From a virus (lineage: Duplodnaviria > Heunggongvirae > Uroviricota > Caudoviricetes), in IMG/VR virus record IMGVR_UViG_3300019776_000583, positions 20,162 through 84,161 of that record: a stretch of 64,000 nt of DNA. One strand, written 5' to 3'. The notes under the pieces are model-generated. The model had not been told where the DNA came from. It was given only the letters and a program-made list of their open reading frames with translations, and searched no databases. Made by a program: the position numbers and the translations under genes. Of the stretch, positions 56,912-64,000 are shown piece after piece (position 1 is the first letter of the stretch; the number at the start of each line of letters is the position of its first letter).

Positions 56912-57112
56912 TTACCAGTAGTAGATGTGCGGCTTGCTGGCCAGCGGCCACTCCACGCGATCGACGTCGTCGAGGTCCGTGGTCCTGGTGGCAAGGCGCT
57001 CGAGCCTGCGGGCCTGCGCCCGAGAGGGTCGCTCGAAGTAGATGTGATGGTGCCAGCCCGGGCTCTTCGAGGGGCTGAACTGGCGGTGATGATGGTGTCG
57101 GGTACGCGACAT
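56912..57112 (-). CDS. Small His-rich hypothetical protein (66 aa; RHHHHRQF...GWHHH)
   Basis: ORF with GC3 bias. Weak Shine-Dalgarno. Confidence 0.3.
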   Translation of the reverse strand: MSRTRHHHHRQFSPSKSPGWHHHIYFERPSRAQARRLERLATRTTDLDDVDRVEWPLASKPHIYYW

Positions 57113-57149
57113 GAATTGCTCCGGCGGTGGTCACAATTTCATGTTGATC

Positions 57150-59250
57150 TCCTGTTGGATTGAAGAGGGCGTCTGGATTCGAACCAGCGCTCCAGTGTCG
57201 CAGGGTGGCGCGACGGCCGGAGCTGAGCATTCCAAGAGGGGCTCGCTGACTCCCCGCCCGCGGGCTGCACCGAGGCCCGCACACCACCCTCAGATCAGCG
57301 GGCAGGTCGCTACTCCTGCTCCTGGCTCGTTATCGTTACGCCAGGCCCCGCACGAGTCGAACGTGCTTTAGGTTTCCCACTCCACGCACGCGTGTTGTCT
57401 GAACCTGTTGCCCAACCTCAGGCGTGTCTGCATTCCACGCTGCCGCTGATCTGAAGGTCGAGGGCGCAGGGAGCTGGCTCCGAGCCCTGAGGAGAGGTCT
57501 TCGTCGGCCCCCGTTGTGATGGGGGGCGTCCTGGCACGAGTTTCGCCAACGAGTGGCTACTGTCGACCGACTTCACTGAGCACCGCACTTACTGTGCGCC
57601 CTCGGGCCTGCATCCGCACATTACGTCTCCGGGGTAACGCCGGAGGTTGCGCATTGCTGCTGGCCCTTTCCGAGTGGGATGCAGGCCCGAAGGGGCAGCT
57701 TGCCTGCCAGCACGAGCTTTAAGCCCTCGGGGCCCTACGGTTTCGCCCGTCCGCCTTCTGCGCCAGGGTTTTCAATCAGCCATCTGGAGGGCCTTGCGCC
57801 TTCTTTGGGCCGCCTTGCGGCGACTCCGGGTCAAGGCGCATGACCCAGCAGACATTCACCCGGTTTGATTCCCAGTACGGTCTGCAAGCGCTGTCGGAAT
57901 TTTTCGAGGGTGGCGCATCGAGGTAGCCGATGCGTTTTTTCAGCCGGACCTGATGTTACGGTTCCCGGCACTTGATGCGTACACCCTCTGATCATCGGCC
58001 TGGGCGCAACTCCAGGTTGAACTCCGTAGACGGTCCTCCCTTGCTCCGAGCCGCGCTCCAGCGCCGCCTGCCCAGAACCCACCTTTCTTCCCACCTGAGT
58101 CGAACAGGCGCTTACTGGCTGTGTGCCCCGCGCTTAGAAATTGGGGCGCCCGATGATCAGAAAGTCCCCGTCTCTCCGGGGTGTCTCGCGCTATTTCCTG
58201 TGCCACGGTCCCGCGTTGACCGCTCGTTTCGTTCGAGCTTCGACTGCACAACCTCTACACCGCTCGTTACGTTTCGCGCGGCCACGTGAAGGGCCTTGTA
58301 CTTCGGACACCCTCAGATCATGGCCCGGGGCTTGATACCCGGTCAGCAACACACTGCCAGTTGCCTGCGGCGGGATGCACGTCTGCAGAGCCCACTCCAC
58401 TTCCTGTCCGCGCCTTCGCAGCACCTTGTACGGTTCCTGGCGTTGAGCGGGGCTAGCCGCGCGCTTCGGGGGTATGCAAGCAGTGACCCATGCCGTCCGG
58501 TGTTTCATGTTTCTGCACCGCGCCTAGCGTGTCCTTCCACGCCGGCCATGATCTGAAAGTCCCCGCTACTCTCCCGGGGTGGTCGCGCAGATCACTTTGC
58601 ACTGTTGCCTGACCCAGGGGTTAGTGCACTACCCTGGCGCCTCATGCTGGCTGACTGCGTGTTGCCGCTGCTCCTGTCTGACGATTGCTCGTCGAAATAG
58701 TTCCCTGTCGTCGGCATCGATTCAACGCCTTGCGGCTCCACGCGCCTTGCACTCTCTCTCGGCAGGGAGCCGAGGTCATCCACATTTTTGTTGCGCCCGG
58801 CTACGGGCCGCTTCACTTCATGCAGACTGTGGCCAGGTCTGCATTAGCTCGGAGCTACCGAGCGGGTCTCGTTGATTGCGGCCGTTGACAGGCCAGTCGG
58901 CCCAGTCCATCGCCGACGGCACGGCGAGCGTCTTCACCATCAGGGCTGGCGGCGCCCGACTTCTACCAACGCCCCGTCCGAGCAGTTTTGCGGCATCCAT
59001 CGGTCGCTTGCGCGGCCGGCCGTTGGGTCACATGCTCCATGTGGCGGGGCACCGCCAGCCCTGATAGTGCGGCACTCTGTCCGCCCGTCAAGCTATCTGC
59101 CGTGGGTCCGGCCGCTTTCGCCGGTGGCAAGGGTCCTAGCCTCTGAGCTGGTCAGGCCCGTTCAGTGCAAGCTAAGGGGCTGAACCTCCCCAGGAGGCGC
59201 GCCTTGCGGCGCCTACGCGCTTGCTGCGTCTCGGGACGGAATATACAACA
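57150..59250. ncRNA. Candidate large structured non-coding RNA locus: 2.1 kb ORF-free, with at least three paralogous modules closed by co-varying helices (strand unresolved, minus favoured by context)
   Basis: No ORF longer than 105 aa on any frame despite high GC, and no coding GC3 periodicity. Three module-closing helices: 57286-57300 with 57442-57456, 57986-57998 with 58149-58161, and 58311-58324 with 58543-58556. Each pairs ccYtcWGATCAnnGG with ccnnTGATCWGAAag and shows compensatory changes (cagcgg/ccgctg, catcgg/ccgatg, catggcc/ggccatg). Conserved AGTCGAA-loop hairpins with different stems (57349-57365 gcacg/cgtgc; 58093-58107 cctg/cagg). Duplicated GAAAGTCCCCG...CCGGGGTG segments at 58153 and 58549. 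Confidence 0.4.
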
Positions 59251-59258
59251 AAGAGGTG

Positions 59259-59501
59259 TCATGGCAACATTTTTTTTGCCAATGTTGCGATCGCATGCAG
59301 GCCCAGGCGCGGGTCGTCGCACAGGGATCCTGCCCCAATGAATCCGTAGTCTAGCCCGCCGTAGTGCACGGATGCGACGACGCCAACGATCGATCCACTC
59401 CGGGCCTCATCCAGAATCGTCTCCAACTGCAAGACGGTGTTTGGGTCAACTCGCAGTCTTTTTAGCTCTAGTGGCGGTGGGCTTGGTGGCTTTTCCGACA
59501 T
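59259..59501 (-). CDS. Small hypothetical protein (80 aa) downstream of the repressor
   Basis: ORF overlaps the repressor 3' end by 56 nt. Moderate coding bias. A hairpin overlaps its stop. Confidence 0.4.
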   Translation of the reverse strand: MSEKPPSPPPLELKRLRVDPNTVLQLETILDEARSGSIVGVVASVHYGGLDYGFIGAGSLCDDPRLGLHAIATLAKKMLP

Positions 59502-59916
59502 GATCTTTCGTGCCTCTCTTTATCTCAAGAAACGGTGGGATTGATTTTGTTGCTTCTCGCGCGTTGATTGTGTGAGCGCCCCTTTCAAGCGCGGCCAGGT
59601 GCATCTTGGCGAACTCTCCAATCAAGTTCTTTGCGTCGTACGGCAGCCTGCAAATCACAAGCAGCAGGTCGATGTCTCTTTGATCGATCAGTGCATTGAT
59701 CGTGCTGTCGTCCCCCGAGTGCCTCGCTCCCTCGCTCCAGTCGAGTTGGAACTTCAGGATCTCCTCCAGCTGCCTGGCTAAGCGCTTGCTTGGGTTGCTG
59801 CGCCCGCTCTCCCAGTGCCTCACAGCCTGGTCAGTGACGCCCATCTTGTCGGACAGTTCTGTAACAGAGATCCCAAGCTGGTCTCTCCGAGCCCGGATCT
59901 GATCCTTGATCTTCAT
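59446..59916 (-). CDS. XRE-family HTH transcriptional repressor (CI-like)
   Basis: N-terminal HTH_XRE (LGISVTELSDKMGVTDQAVRHWESGRSNPS). Divergent from a + strand gene, with a palindromic operator in the intergenic region. Confidence 0.75.
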   Translation of the reverse strand: MKIKDQIRARRDQLGISVTELSDKMGVTDQAVRHWESGRSNPSKRLARQLEEILKFQLDWSEGARHSGDDSTINALIDQRDIDLLLVICRLPYDAKNLIGEFAKMHLAALERGAHTINAREATKSIPPFLEIKRGTKDHVGKATKPTATRAKKTAS

Positions 59917-59940
59917 TTGACCTCCTGTGCCTAACGCAGG

Positions 59941-59967
59941 TTGTCAACACTCCGTTCTGTTGGCAAG
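59941..59967. promoter_or_regulatory. Palindromic operator TTGTCAACA-N9-TGTTGGCAA in the repressor / cro-like divergent region
   Basis: Inverted repeat read directly. The half-site GCCAACAGAA / TTCTGTTGGC recurs in other early intergenic regions. Confidence 0.5.
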
Positions 59968-59996
59968 CAAAACTTTTGTTGCGTACAATGGGTCGC
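59962..59996 (+). promoter_or_regulatory. Sigma70-like early rightward promoter (TTGGCA-N18-TACAAT) overlapping the operator
   Basis: Near-consensus -35 and -10 hexamers. AGGAGT Shine-Dalgarno and ATG at 60024 follow downstream. Confidence 0.5.
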
Positions 59997-60023
59997 GCCG
60001 AAGTCCGGCGCTAGGAGTACGCA

Positions 60024-60380
60024 ATGCAATTCGTCAACTCGAGTGGCAAACCGCTCGACATCAAGGCCATGCAGGATGCCGCAAGGCGCAAGGCCAGGCC
60101 CCAGTCCAGCGAGGCCTATCACAAGGGCTGGCTGGCATCCGGGTTCCCGCCCCAGCGCCTGATCGACGCGAAGATCGAGCATGAGCGAAAGGTCTCCGAC
60201 GCCGCCGCGGTAGGCCGCCGGATGCTGCCGTGGGATGAAGGTCGCTACATGCGCGACTCCAAGCCCACCAAGGTCAGGTCCAGGCCCTACGACACCCTCG
60301 CAGCCGCCATGGAAGCCTGCGCCCTTGCGGAGCGCACGGGATGGCGCGGATGCTCGTGGCTCGAGATCAGCAAGGGGTAG
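60024..60380 (+). CDS. Hypothetical protein (118 aa), first gene of the rightward early operon (cro position)
   Basis: AGGAGT Shine-Dalgarno. GC3 bias. No obvious HTH motif. Confidence 0.5.
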   Translation: MQFVNSSGKPLDIKAMQDAARRKARPQSSEAYHKGWLASGFPPQRLIDAKIEHERKVSDAAAVGRRMLPWDEGRYMRDSKPTKVRSRPYDTLAAAMEACALAERTGWRGCSWLEISKG

Positions 60381-60385
60381 GCCGA

Positions 60386-60928
60386 GTGATCACCCACACA
60401 ACGACCATTCGGCCCAAGGTCGACCTGGCCAACCAGGTCATCACGATCGAAGAAGCTGTCTCCACTCCGGATTTATTCGAGCCGCAGAGACTGATGGAGC
60501 AGCACGCACGCATCGTCATCGACTTGCGGGACAAGGCCACACGAGACGCCCTCATCTGCCTGGGCTGGAGGCCGCCAGCCGAGCCTGCCTCGAGCCTGCC
60601 GGCCACCATCCCCCAACCCGACATTCGCACACTCGTCAGGGCTCGAGACCCAGGCACAAGCGTTGCAGCGGCAGAGCGGGTTGCGGCCTTTGGGGCGGCA
60701 CACTCTGGACGCATCCTGGACACGTTGCGTGGCGCCGACCTGACGCCAGACGAGATTGGATCCGCATGTGGTCTCACTGGCGTCCAGGTGTCTCGGCGAA
60801 TGAGGCAACTGCAAGAGCTCGGCCACGTAGCTGTCGTCCAGGTCGATGATGGCCACGGGTCCACGGAGGACCTCAGGCGCGGCGGCGCTCGCGTGTGGAG
60901 AAGGCTCAAGGGGCCAACAGAAAGTTGA
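60386..60928 (+). CDS. Winged-helix DNA-binding protein candidate (180 aa)
   Basis: GTG start with AAGGGG upstream. C-terminal LTPDEIGSACGLTGVQVSRRMRQLQELGHV looks wHTH/MarR-like. Confidence 0.45.
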   Translation: MITHTTTIRPKVDLANQVITIEEAVSTPDLFEPQRLMEQHARIVIDLRDKATRDALICLGWRPPAEPASSLPATIPQPDIRTLVRARDPGTSVAAAERVAAFGAAHSGRILDTLRGADLTPDEIGSACGLTGVQVSRRMRQLQELGHVAVVQVDDGHGSTEDLRRGGARVWRRLKGPTES

Positions 60929-61017
60929 ACTAGAATCCGCCGCCCGCTTGAACTTGGCCGAGAGAGCGGGTGCTGTTGTCGACAGGCTCAAGGTGAGAGT
61001 CGACATAACCAGGCACT

Positions 61018-61093
61018 GTCCATCGATGAAAGGGCGTCCCCGAAAGGGGTCCGTTCTTCCTGGTGACGGGGCCAACCGCCCTTTCATCCATGG
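61018..61093. promoter_or_regulatory. Long interrupted palindrome (17-bp arms CCATCGATGAAAGGGCG / CGCCCTTTCATCCATGG) upstream of the replication gene; candidate origin or regulatory site
   Basis: Near-perfect inverted repeat separated by about 40 bp, itself containing a GTCCCCGAAAGGGGTC hairpin. Lies in the 224-bp gap before the O-like gene. Confidence 0.4.
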
Positions 61094-61152
61094 GCAGAAA
61101 GCGTTCTGTGCAGATCCATCCCTCCGGTCCCGGTAGGCCCCCCAGCCAAATC

Positions 61153-62019
61153 ATGGTTGTCTCGTCGTCTGAAGCTGCGGCTCCGCCGTACCCGGCAGAC
61201 ACGAAGGCCAAGGGCTGGCGCTTCGAGCTCGACTACGAGCGCATCGAGCAGTCGGACACCTGGGTCCTCGCGACGGCAGAGATGCGGCCATGGCTGCTGA
61301 TGCTTTGGATGACAGCTTGGCGGCAGGTCCCGTGCGGGTCGCTGCCGGCGGTCGACGACCTGATCGCGGCGCGCATCGGGATGGATGTCCGGCAGTTCCG
61401 CGCGCACCGCGACATCCTGATGCGCGGCTGGTCGCTGCACTCCGACGGCCGCATGTACCACGGCGCCATCACCGAGCAAGTGCTCGGCCTGCTTGGCGTC
61501 CGATCCAAAGAGGCCGCCCGCAAGCAGGCATGGCGAGACAAGCAAGATCAACAGCTTGCAGCTCTTCGTCCCGCGGGACAACCGCAGGACTCCGGTCGGA
61601 ATCCGGCGTCAGCGACGCTACCAGAACCAGAACCAGAACCGGAAGAAAGACAAAGGTCAAGTGCAGTGCCGCCGAGCGCTCCGCGTCGGCGCACCACTCC
61701 GTCTGCCGATGCGGTGAAGCTGATGGTCGCTGATGGGGTCTCGGATGAGGTTGCCTTGGCCTGGATGCAGGTCCGCAGGGCAAAGCGGCTCCCCTTGACT
61801 GACCTGGCGTGGAGGGATGTGAAGGAGCAGGCGGCGCTGGTCAGCATGACCCCCCATCAAGCCGTTGAGTACGCGGCCCGGAGCTCATGGGGCGGCTTCA
61901 AGGCGAGTTGGGTTGAGCGCGATCGGGCGGGCGGCAACGGAACTAAATCCGGGCAGACCAAGTCAATCTCCGGCATGAACTATTCGGAAGGCTTCGACGC
62001 GCATGGCAACATCCTCTGA
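61153..62019 (+). CDS. Replication initiation / replisome-organiser-like protein (DUF1376-like N-terminus; PEPEPEPE linker)
   Basis: N-terminal GWRFELDYERIEQSDTWVLATAEMRPWLLMLWMTAWRQ resembles phage replication-protein N-domains. Followed directly by a DnaC-like loader gene. Confidence 0.5.
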   Translation: MVVSSSEAAAPPYPADTKAKGWRFELDYERIEQSDTWVLATAEMRPWLLMLWMTAWRQVPCGSLPAVDDLIAARIGMDVRQFRAHRDILMRGWSLHSDGRMYHGAITEQVLGLLGVRSKEAARKQAWRDKQDQQLAALRPAGQPQDSGRNPASATLPEPEPEPEERQRSSAVPPSAPRRRTTPSADAVKLMVADGVSDEVALAWMQVRRAKRLPLTDLAWRDVKEQAALVSMTPHQAVEYAARSSWGGFKASWVERDRAGGNGTKSGQTKSISGMNYSEGFDAHGNIL

Positions 62020-62800
62020 CATCGGTTCGCTGCTGGGCGGCCGCGAGTTCACTGGCCTCTGCGAGACGCACGGCGAGTACAAGGGGCGCATCTACCGCCT
62101 GGGCGGCAGCGATCGCCGCAGCCTGTGCCCCCAGTGCTCGGCTGAGGCGGCCCTCTTGGCTGCGCGCCAGGCCGAGGCAGACCGGGAGCGCCAGCGCGCG
62201 CAGCGGTCCCTCGATGCGGCCGCCGAGGCCTTGGCCGTCTCAAAGGTGCCTCAGCGCTTCATCGGCAAGACTTTCGACACGTACATCGCCGAGACCCCCG
62301 AGCAGCAAGCAGCACTAACCATCTGCCGCCAGTACGCCGAAGACTTTTCCGAGCACCGGCGCGCCGGCACGGGCCTGACGCTTGCAGGCGGCAAGGGCAC
62401 CGGCAAGAGCCACCTGTCGGCATCGATCATCCACCACATCATCCCCGACCGATCGGCGCTTTACGCGACCGTGGGCGACGTGATTCGAGCCGTGCGTGAC
62501 ACCTGGCGGCGCGACAGCCCGATCAGCACCGGCAAGATGATCGAGAACCTGCGCGGACTGGACCTTCTGGTTCTGGATGAGATCGGCGTGCAGTCCGGCA
62601 CAGACGGCGAGCACACGATTCTCTACGACGTGCTGGACGGCCGATACCGCGACTGCGCACCAACCATCCTGCTCACAAACCTGGGGGCCGCCGCAATGCA
62701 GCAGGCCATCGGGGACCGCCTGTTCGATCGCTTGCGGGAGACGTCGAAGTGGGTGAGGTGCGATTGGGACAGCTACCGATCTCGGGCGAGGGCGCAGTGA
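62003..62800 (+). CDS. DnaC / IstB-like AAA+ helicase loader
   Basis: Walker A LAGGKGTGKSHL and Walker B LLVLDEIG. N-terminal Cys/His cluster. 17-nt overlap with the upstream gene. Confidence 0.85.
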   Translation: MATSSDIGSLLGGREFTGLCETHGEYKGRIYRLGGSDRRSLCPQCSAEAALLAARQAEADRERQRAQRSLDAAAEALAVSKVPQRFIGKTFDTYIAETPEQQAALTICRQYAEDFSEHRRAGTGLTLAGGKGTGKSHLSASIIHHIIPDRSALYATVGDVIRAVRDTWRRDSPISTGKMIENLRGLDLLVLDEIGVQSGTDGEHTILYDVLDGRYRDCAPTILLTNLGAAAMQQAIGDRLFDRLRETSKWVRCDWDSYRSRARAQ

Positions 62801-63072
62801 TGACGCAACGACCCCCGGTCGATGGCTTCATCGAGAAGCTGATGGACGTCCTGTCGCTGATCTTGTCCGAGCCCCGAACTCCCCGCCAGATCATCGAGAT
62901 CACCGATTACAAGGCCGACACGGTCCACAAGTACTTGGACAAAGGTATCGACTTCGGACTTGTGTACATCGTCGCGTATGAGCCTCAGTCGGCACCAGGG
63001 CGAAGGAGGCAGCCTATCTATGCGCACCAGGCCAGCCCGTTCGAGAAGCCTAACGCGCCGCCCCCAAAGTGA
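62800..63072 (+). CDS. Small hypothetical protein (90 aa)
   Basis: TGATG overlap with the dnaC-like stop. GC3 bias. Confidence 0.45.
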   Translation: MTQRPPVDGFIEKLMDVLSLILSEPRTPRQIIEITDYKADTVHKYLDKGIDFGLVYIVAYEPQSAPGRRRQPIYAHQASPFEKPNAPPPK

Positions 63073-63335
63073 CGACAGGCCTCGTCGATGGGATGTCTCT
63101 GCAAGATGCTGCGGATGCGGTTTCTGGCAAAGCGGCGAGCCTCCTGCGGCCCGGCCAGGATCTTGCGGTCTGGACAGAGATGGGGAGGTCAACAGTTCTG
63201 GTCGGCATCGCGACTCCGAATGCAGCAGGCACCGTCGCAATCAGCAGGTCGGAGTACGACGGCCTGAAGCTCATGGAGATCATCGATGGACGTCTACTTT
63301 CTCAAAGGCCCCCGGGGCTCGCTGCTGCCGGCTGA
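63069..63335 (+). CDS. Small hypothetical protein (88 aa)
   Basis: GTG start overlaps the upstream stop (GTGA). Confidence 0.4.
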   Translation: MTTGLVDGMSLQDAADAVSGKAASLLRPGQDLAVWTEMGRSTVLVGIATPNAAGTVAISRSEYDGLKLMEIIDGRLLSQRPPGLAAAG

Positions 63336-63756
63336 CGATGAGCAGGCAGCCCTGCTGGACAAGATCCCTCAGTCAGCGCTCGTCAAAGTCAGTCTCTCGC
63401 AAGTCCGCAACCCGAAATTCCACCGCAAGTACTTCGCCCTCTTGGGTTACGCCTACGCGATGTGGCAGGACACCCAGCCGGCGCGCGAGTACAAGGGCAG
63501 CCCGGTGGTCACGTCTTTCGAGCGTTTCCGCGATGAGGTGACGATCTTGGCTGGCCATCATGAGGCAGTTTTCAGTGTGACTGGAGAGCTCAGGCTGCAG
63601 GCCAAGTCAGTGAGCTTTGCGAAGATGGATGAGACCGGCTTCGAGAAGTTCTACAGCCGCGTGATCGACGTGCTGCTGCAGAAGGTTCTTCACAACGACA
63701 GGCTCACACCAGAGAAGATGCGCGCGTACGTCGACCAGGTGATCTCTTTCAGTTGA
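63286..63756 (+). CDS. Conserved phage protein (DUF1367-like; MDVYFLKGP...)
   Basis: ORF with coding bias and the N-terminal MDVYFLK motif typical of a prophage-associated family. Confidence 0.5.
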   Translation: MDVYFLKGPRGSLLPADDEQAALLDKIPQSALVKVSLSQVRNPKFHRKYFALLGYAYAMWQDTQPAREYKGSPVVTSFERFRDEVTILAGHHEAVFSVTGELRLQAKSVSFAKMDETGFEKFYSRVIDVLLQKVLHNDRLTPEKMRAYVDQVISFS

Positions 63757-63880
63757 ACCTTTTCGTGGTTGACAGGTCTATCGCTTGCTAAATCACAAGG
63801 ACAGATATGAGCTTTGAGAGCCCGAATGCCGTGGGCGCTACGGTTGAGCAAGTGGTTAGGCCTGTAGCCGGAGCGAAAGA

Positions 63881-64000
63881 ATGATTGACAAGAAGCGGAT
63901 CGAAGAAGAGGCGCAACACTTTTTTGAGTGGCCAGACCCGAAGCGCAAAGACCATGTGACGCTGACATCGTGCTTGATCTTTGCGGCGACCATTGCCGAG
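63881..64000 (+). CDS. Hypothetical protein, N-terminal fragment (continues past the window end)
   Basis: GGAGCGAAAGA Shine-Dalgarno then ATG. Open to the window end. Confidence 0.4.
   Translation, partial: MIDKKRIEEEAQHFFEWPDPKRKDHVTLTSCLIFAATIAE

Larger units (their letters stand above)
1..64000. mobile_element. Temperate phage or prophage genome segment spanning the whole window; lambda-like map order with a podovirus-type structural module
   Basis: Contiguous phage-type genes throughout: portal, scaffold, major capsid, tail, giant ejection proteins, integrase, Xis-like, recombination genes, repressor, replication genes. No obvious host housekeeping genes. Confidence 0.8.

Noticed and set aside
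57150-57235. Canonical tRNA around the GGTTCGAATCC motif
   Set aside because: No 7-bp acceptor stem or anticodon arm can be paired. Only a 4-bp T-stem forms.
57150-59250. rRNA fragment, tmRNA, RNase P RNA or group II intron explanation for the ORF-free locus
   Set aside because: Only isolated short matches were found (14-mer of 23S on the plus strand, T-loop 11-mer on the minus strand, GAAAGTCC). The universal rRNA/RNase P cores (sarcin-ricin loop, 16S 515/1392 regions, CR-I/CR-V), the tmRNA tag-ORF plus CCA end, and the intron domain V are absent. The matches are on opposite strands.
59239-59290. Rho-independent terminator at the inverted repeat GGCAACATT...AATGTTGCC
   Set aside because: The hairpin overlaps the stop of the 59259..59501 ORF and is followed only by a weak U-rich tract. 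It is kept as a possible structure but not called a terminator.
1-64000. CRISPR array, IS element or transposase
   Set aside because: No regularly spaced direct repeats and no DDE/transposase-like ORFs were seen.

Overview
High-GC (about 62-65%) DNA whose codon usage (CTG/GCC/CGC-rich) is typical of Betaproteobacteria or a similar host. The whole window reads as a temperate phage or prophage genome laid out in lambda-like map order. Positions 1-44.6 kb carry '+'-strand late and structural genes of a podovirus type (T7 / epsilon15 / N4-like): an 820-aa portal, an acidic scaffold, a 327-aa HK97-fold major capsid protein, tail tubular and fibre proteins, a beta-helix tailspike, internal (ejection) proteins, and two giant 'polyvalent' virion proteins of 3109 and 2205 aa separated by an HNH-AP2 homing endonuclease. 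A repeat-rich 386-bp spacer follows (candidate attP). Next come a tyrosine integrase (+) and a convergent, overlapping AlpA/Xis-like gene (-). An SPFH lipoprotein cluster follows, then a long leftward (-) early operon: MazG-like, HD 5'-nucleotidase, dNMP kinase, RdgC, SSB, YqaJ exonuclease, Erf single-strand annealing protein, GIY-YIG endonuclease, a coiled-coil protein, and a SpoT-like HD small-alarmone hydrolase. The most unusual feature is a 2.1-kb ORF-free region (about 57.15-59.25 kb) holding three paralogous structured modules, each closed by a co-varying long-range helix, which is a candidate large structured ncRNA locus. An XRE-family CI-like repressor (-) sits beside a palindromic operator and promoter, followed by a '+' replication module (DUF1376/O-like plus DnaC-like loader). 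Other notable items: a fatty-acid-desaturase-like membrane protein inserted in the tail module, a phage-encoded HslV-like Thr-protease, an inorganic-pyrophosphatase-like domain and four copies of a YHG[T/G]-motif domain inside the giant proteins, and a recurrent CAACAGAAAGTT motif in early intergenic regions. No terminase, lysis cassette, canonical tRNA, CRISPR array or reverse transcriptase was recognisable in the window. All functional calls rest on motifs read by eye; no database searches were run.
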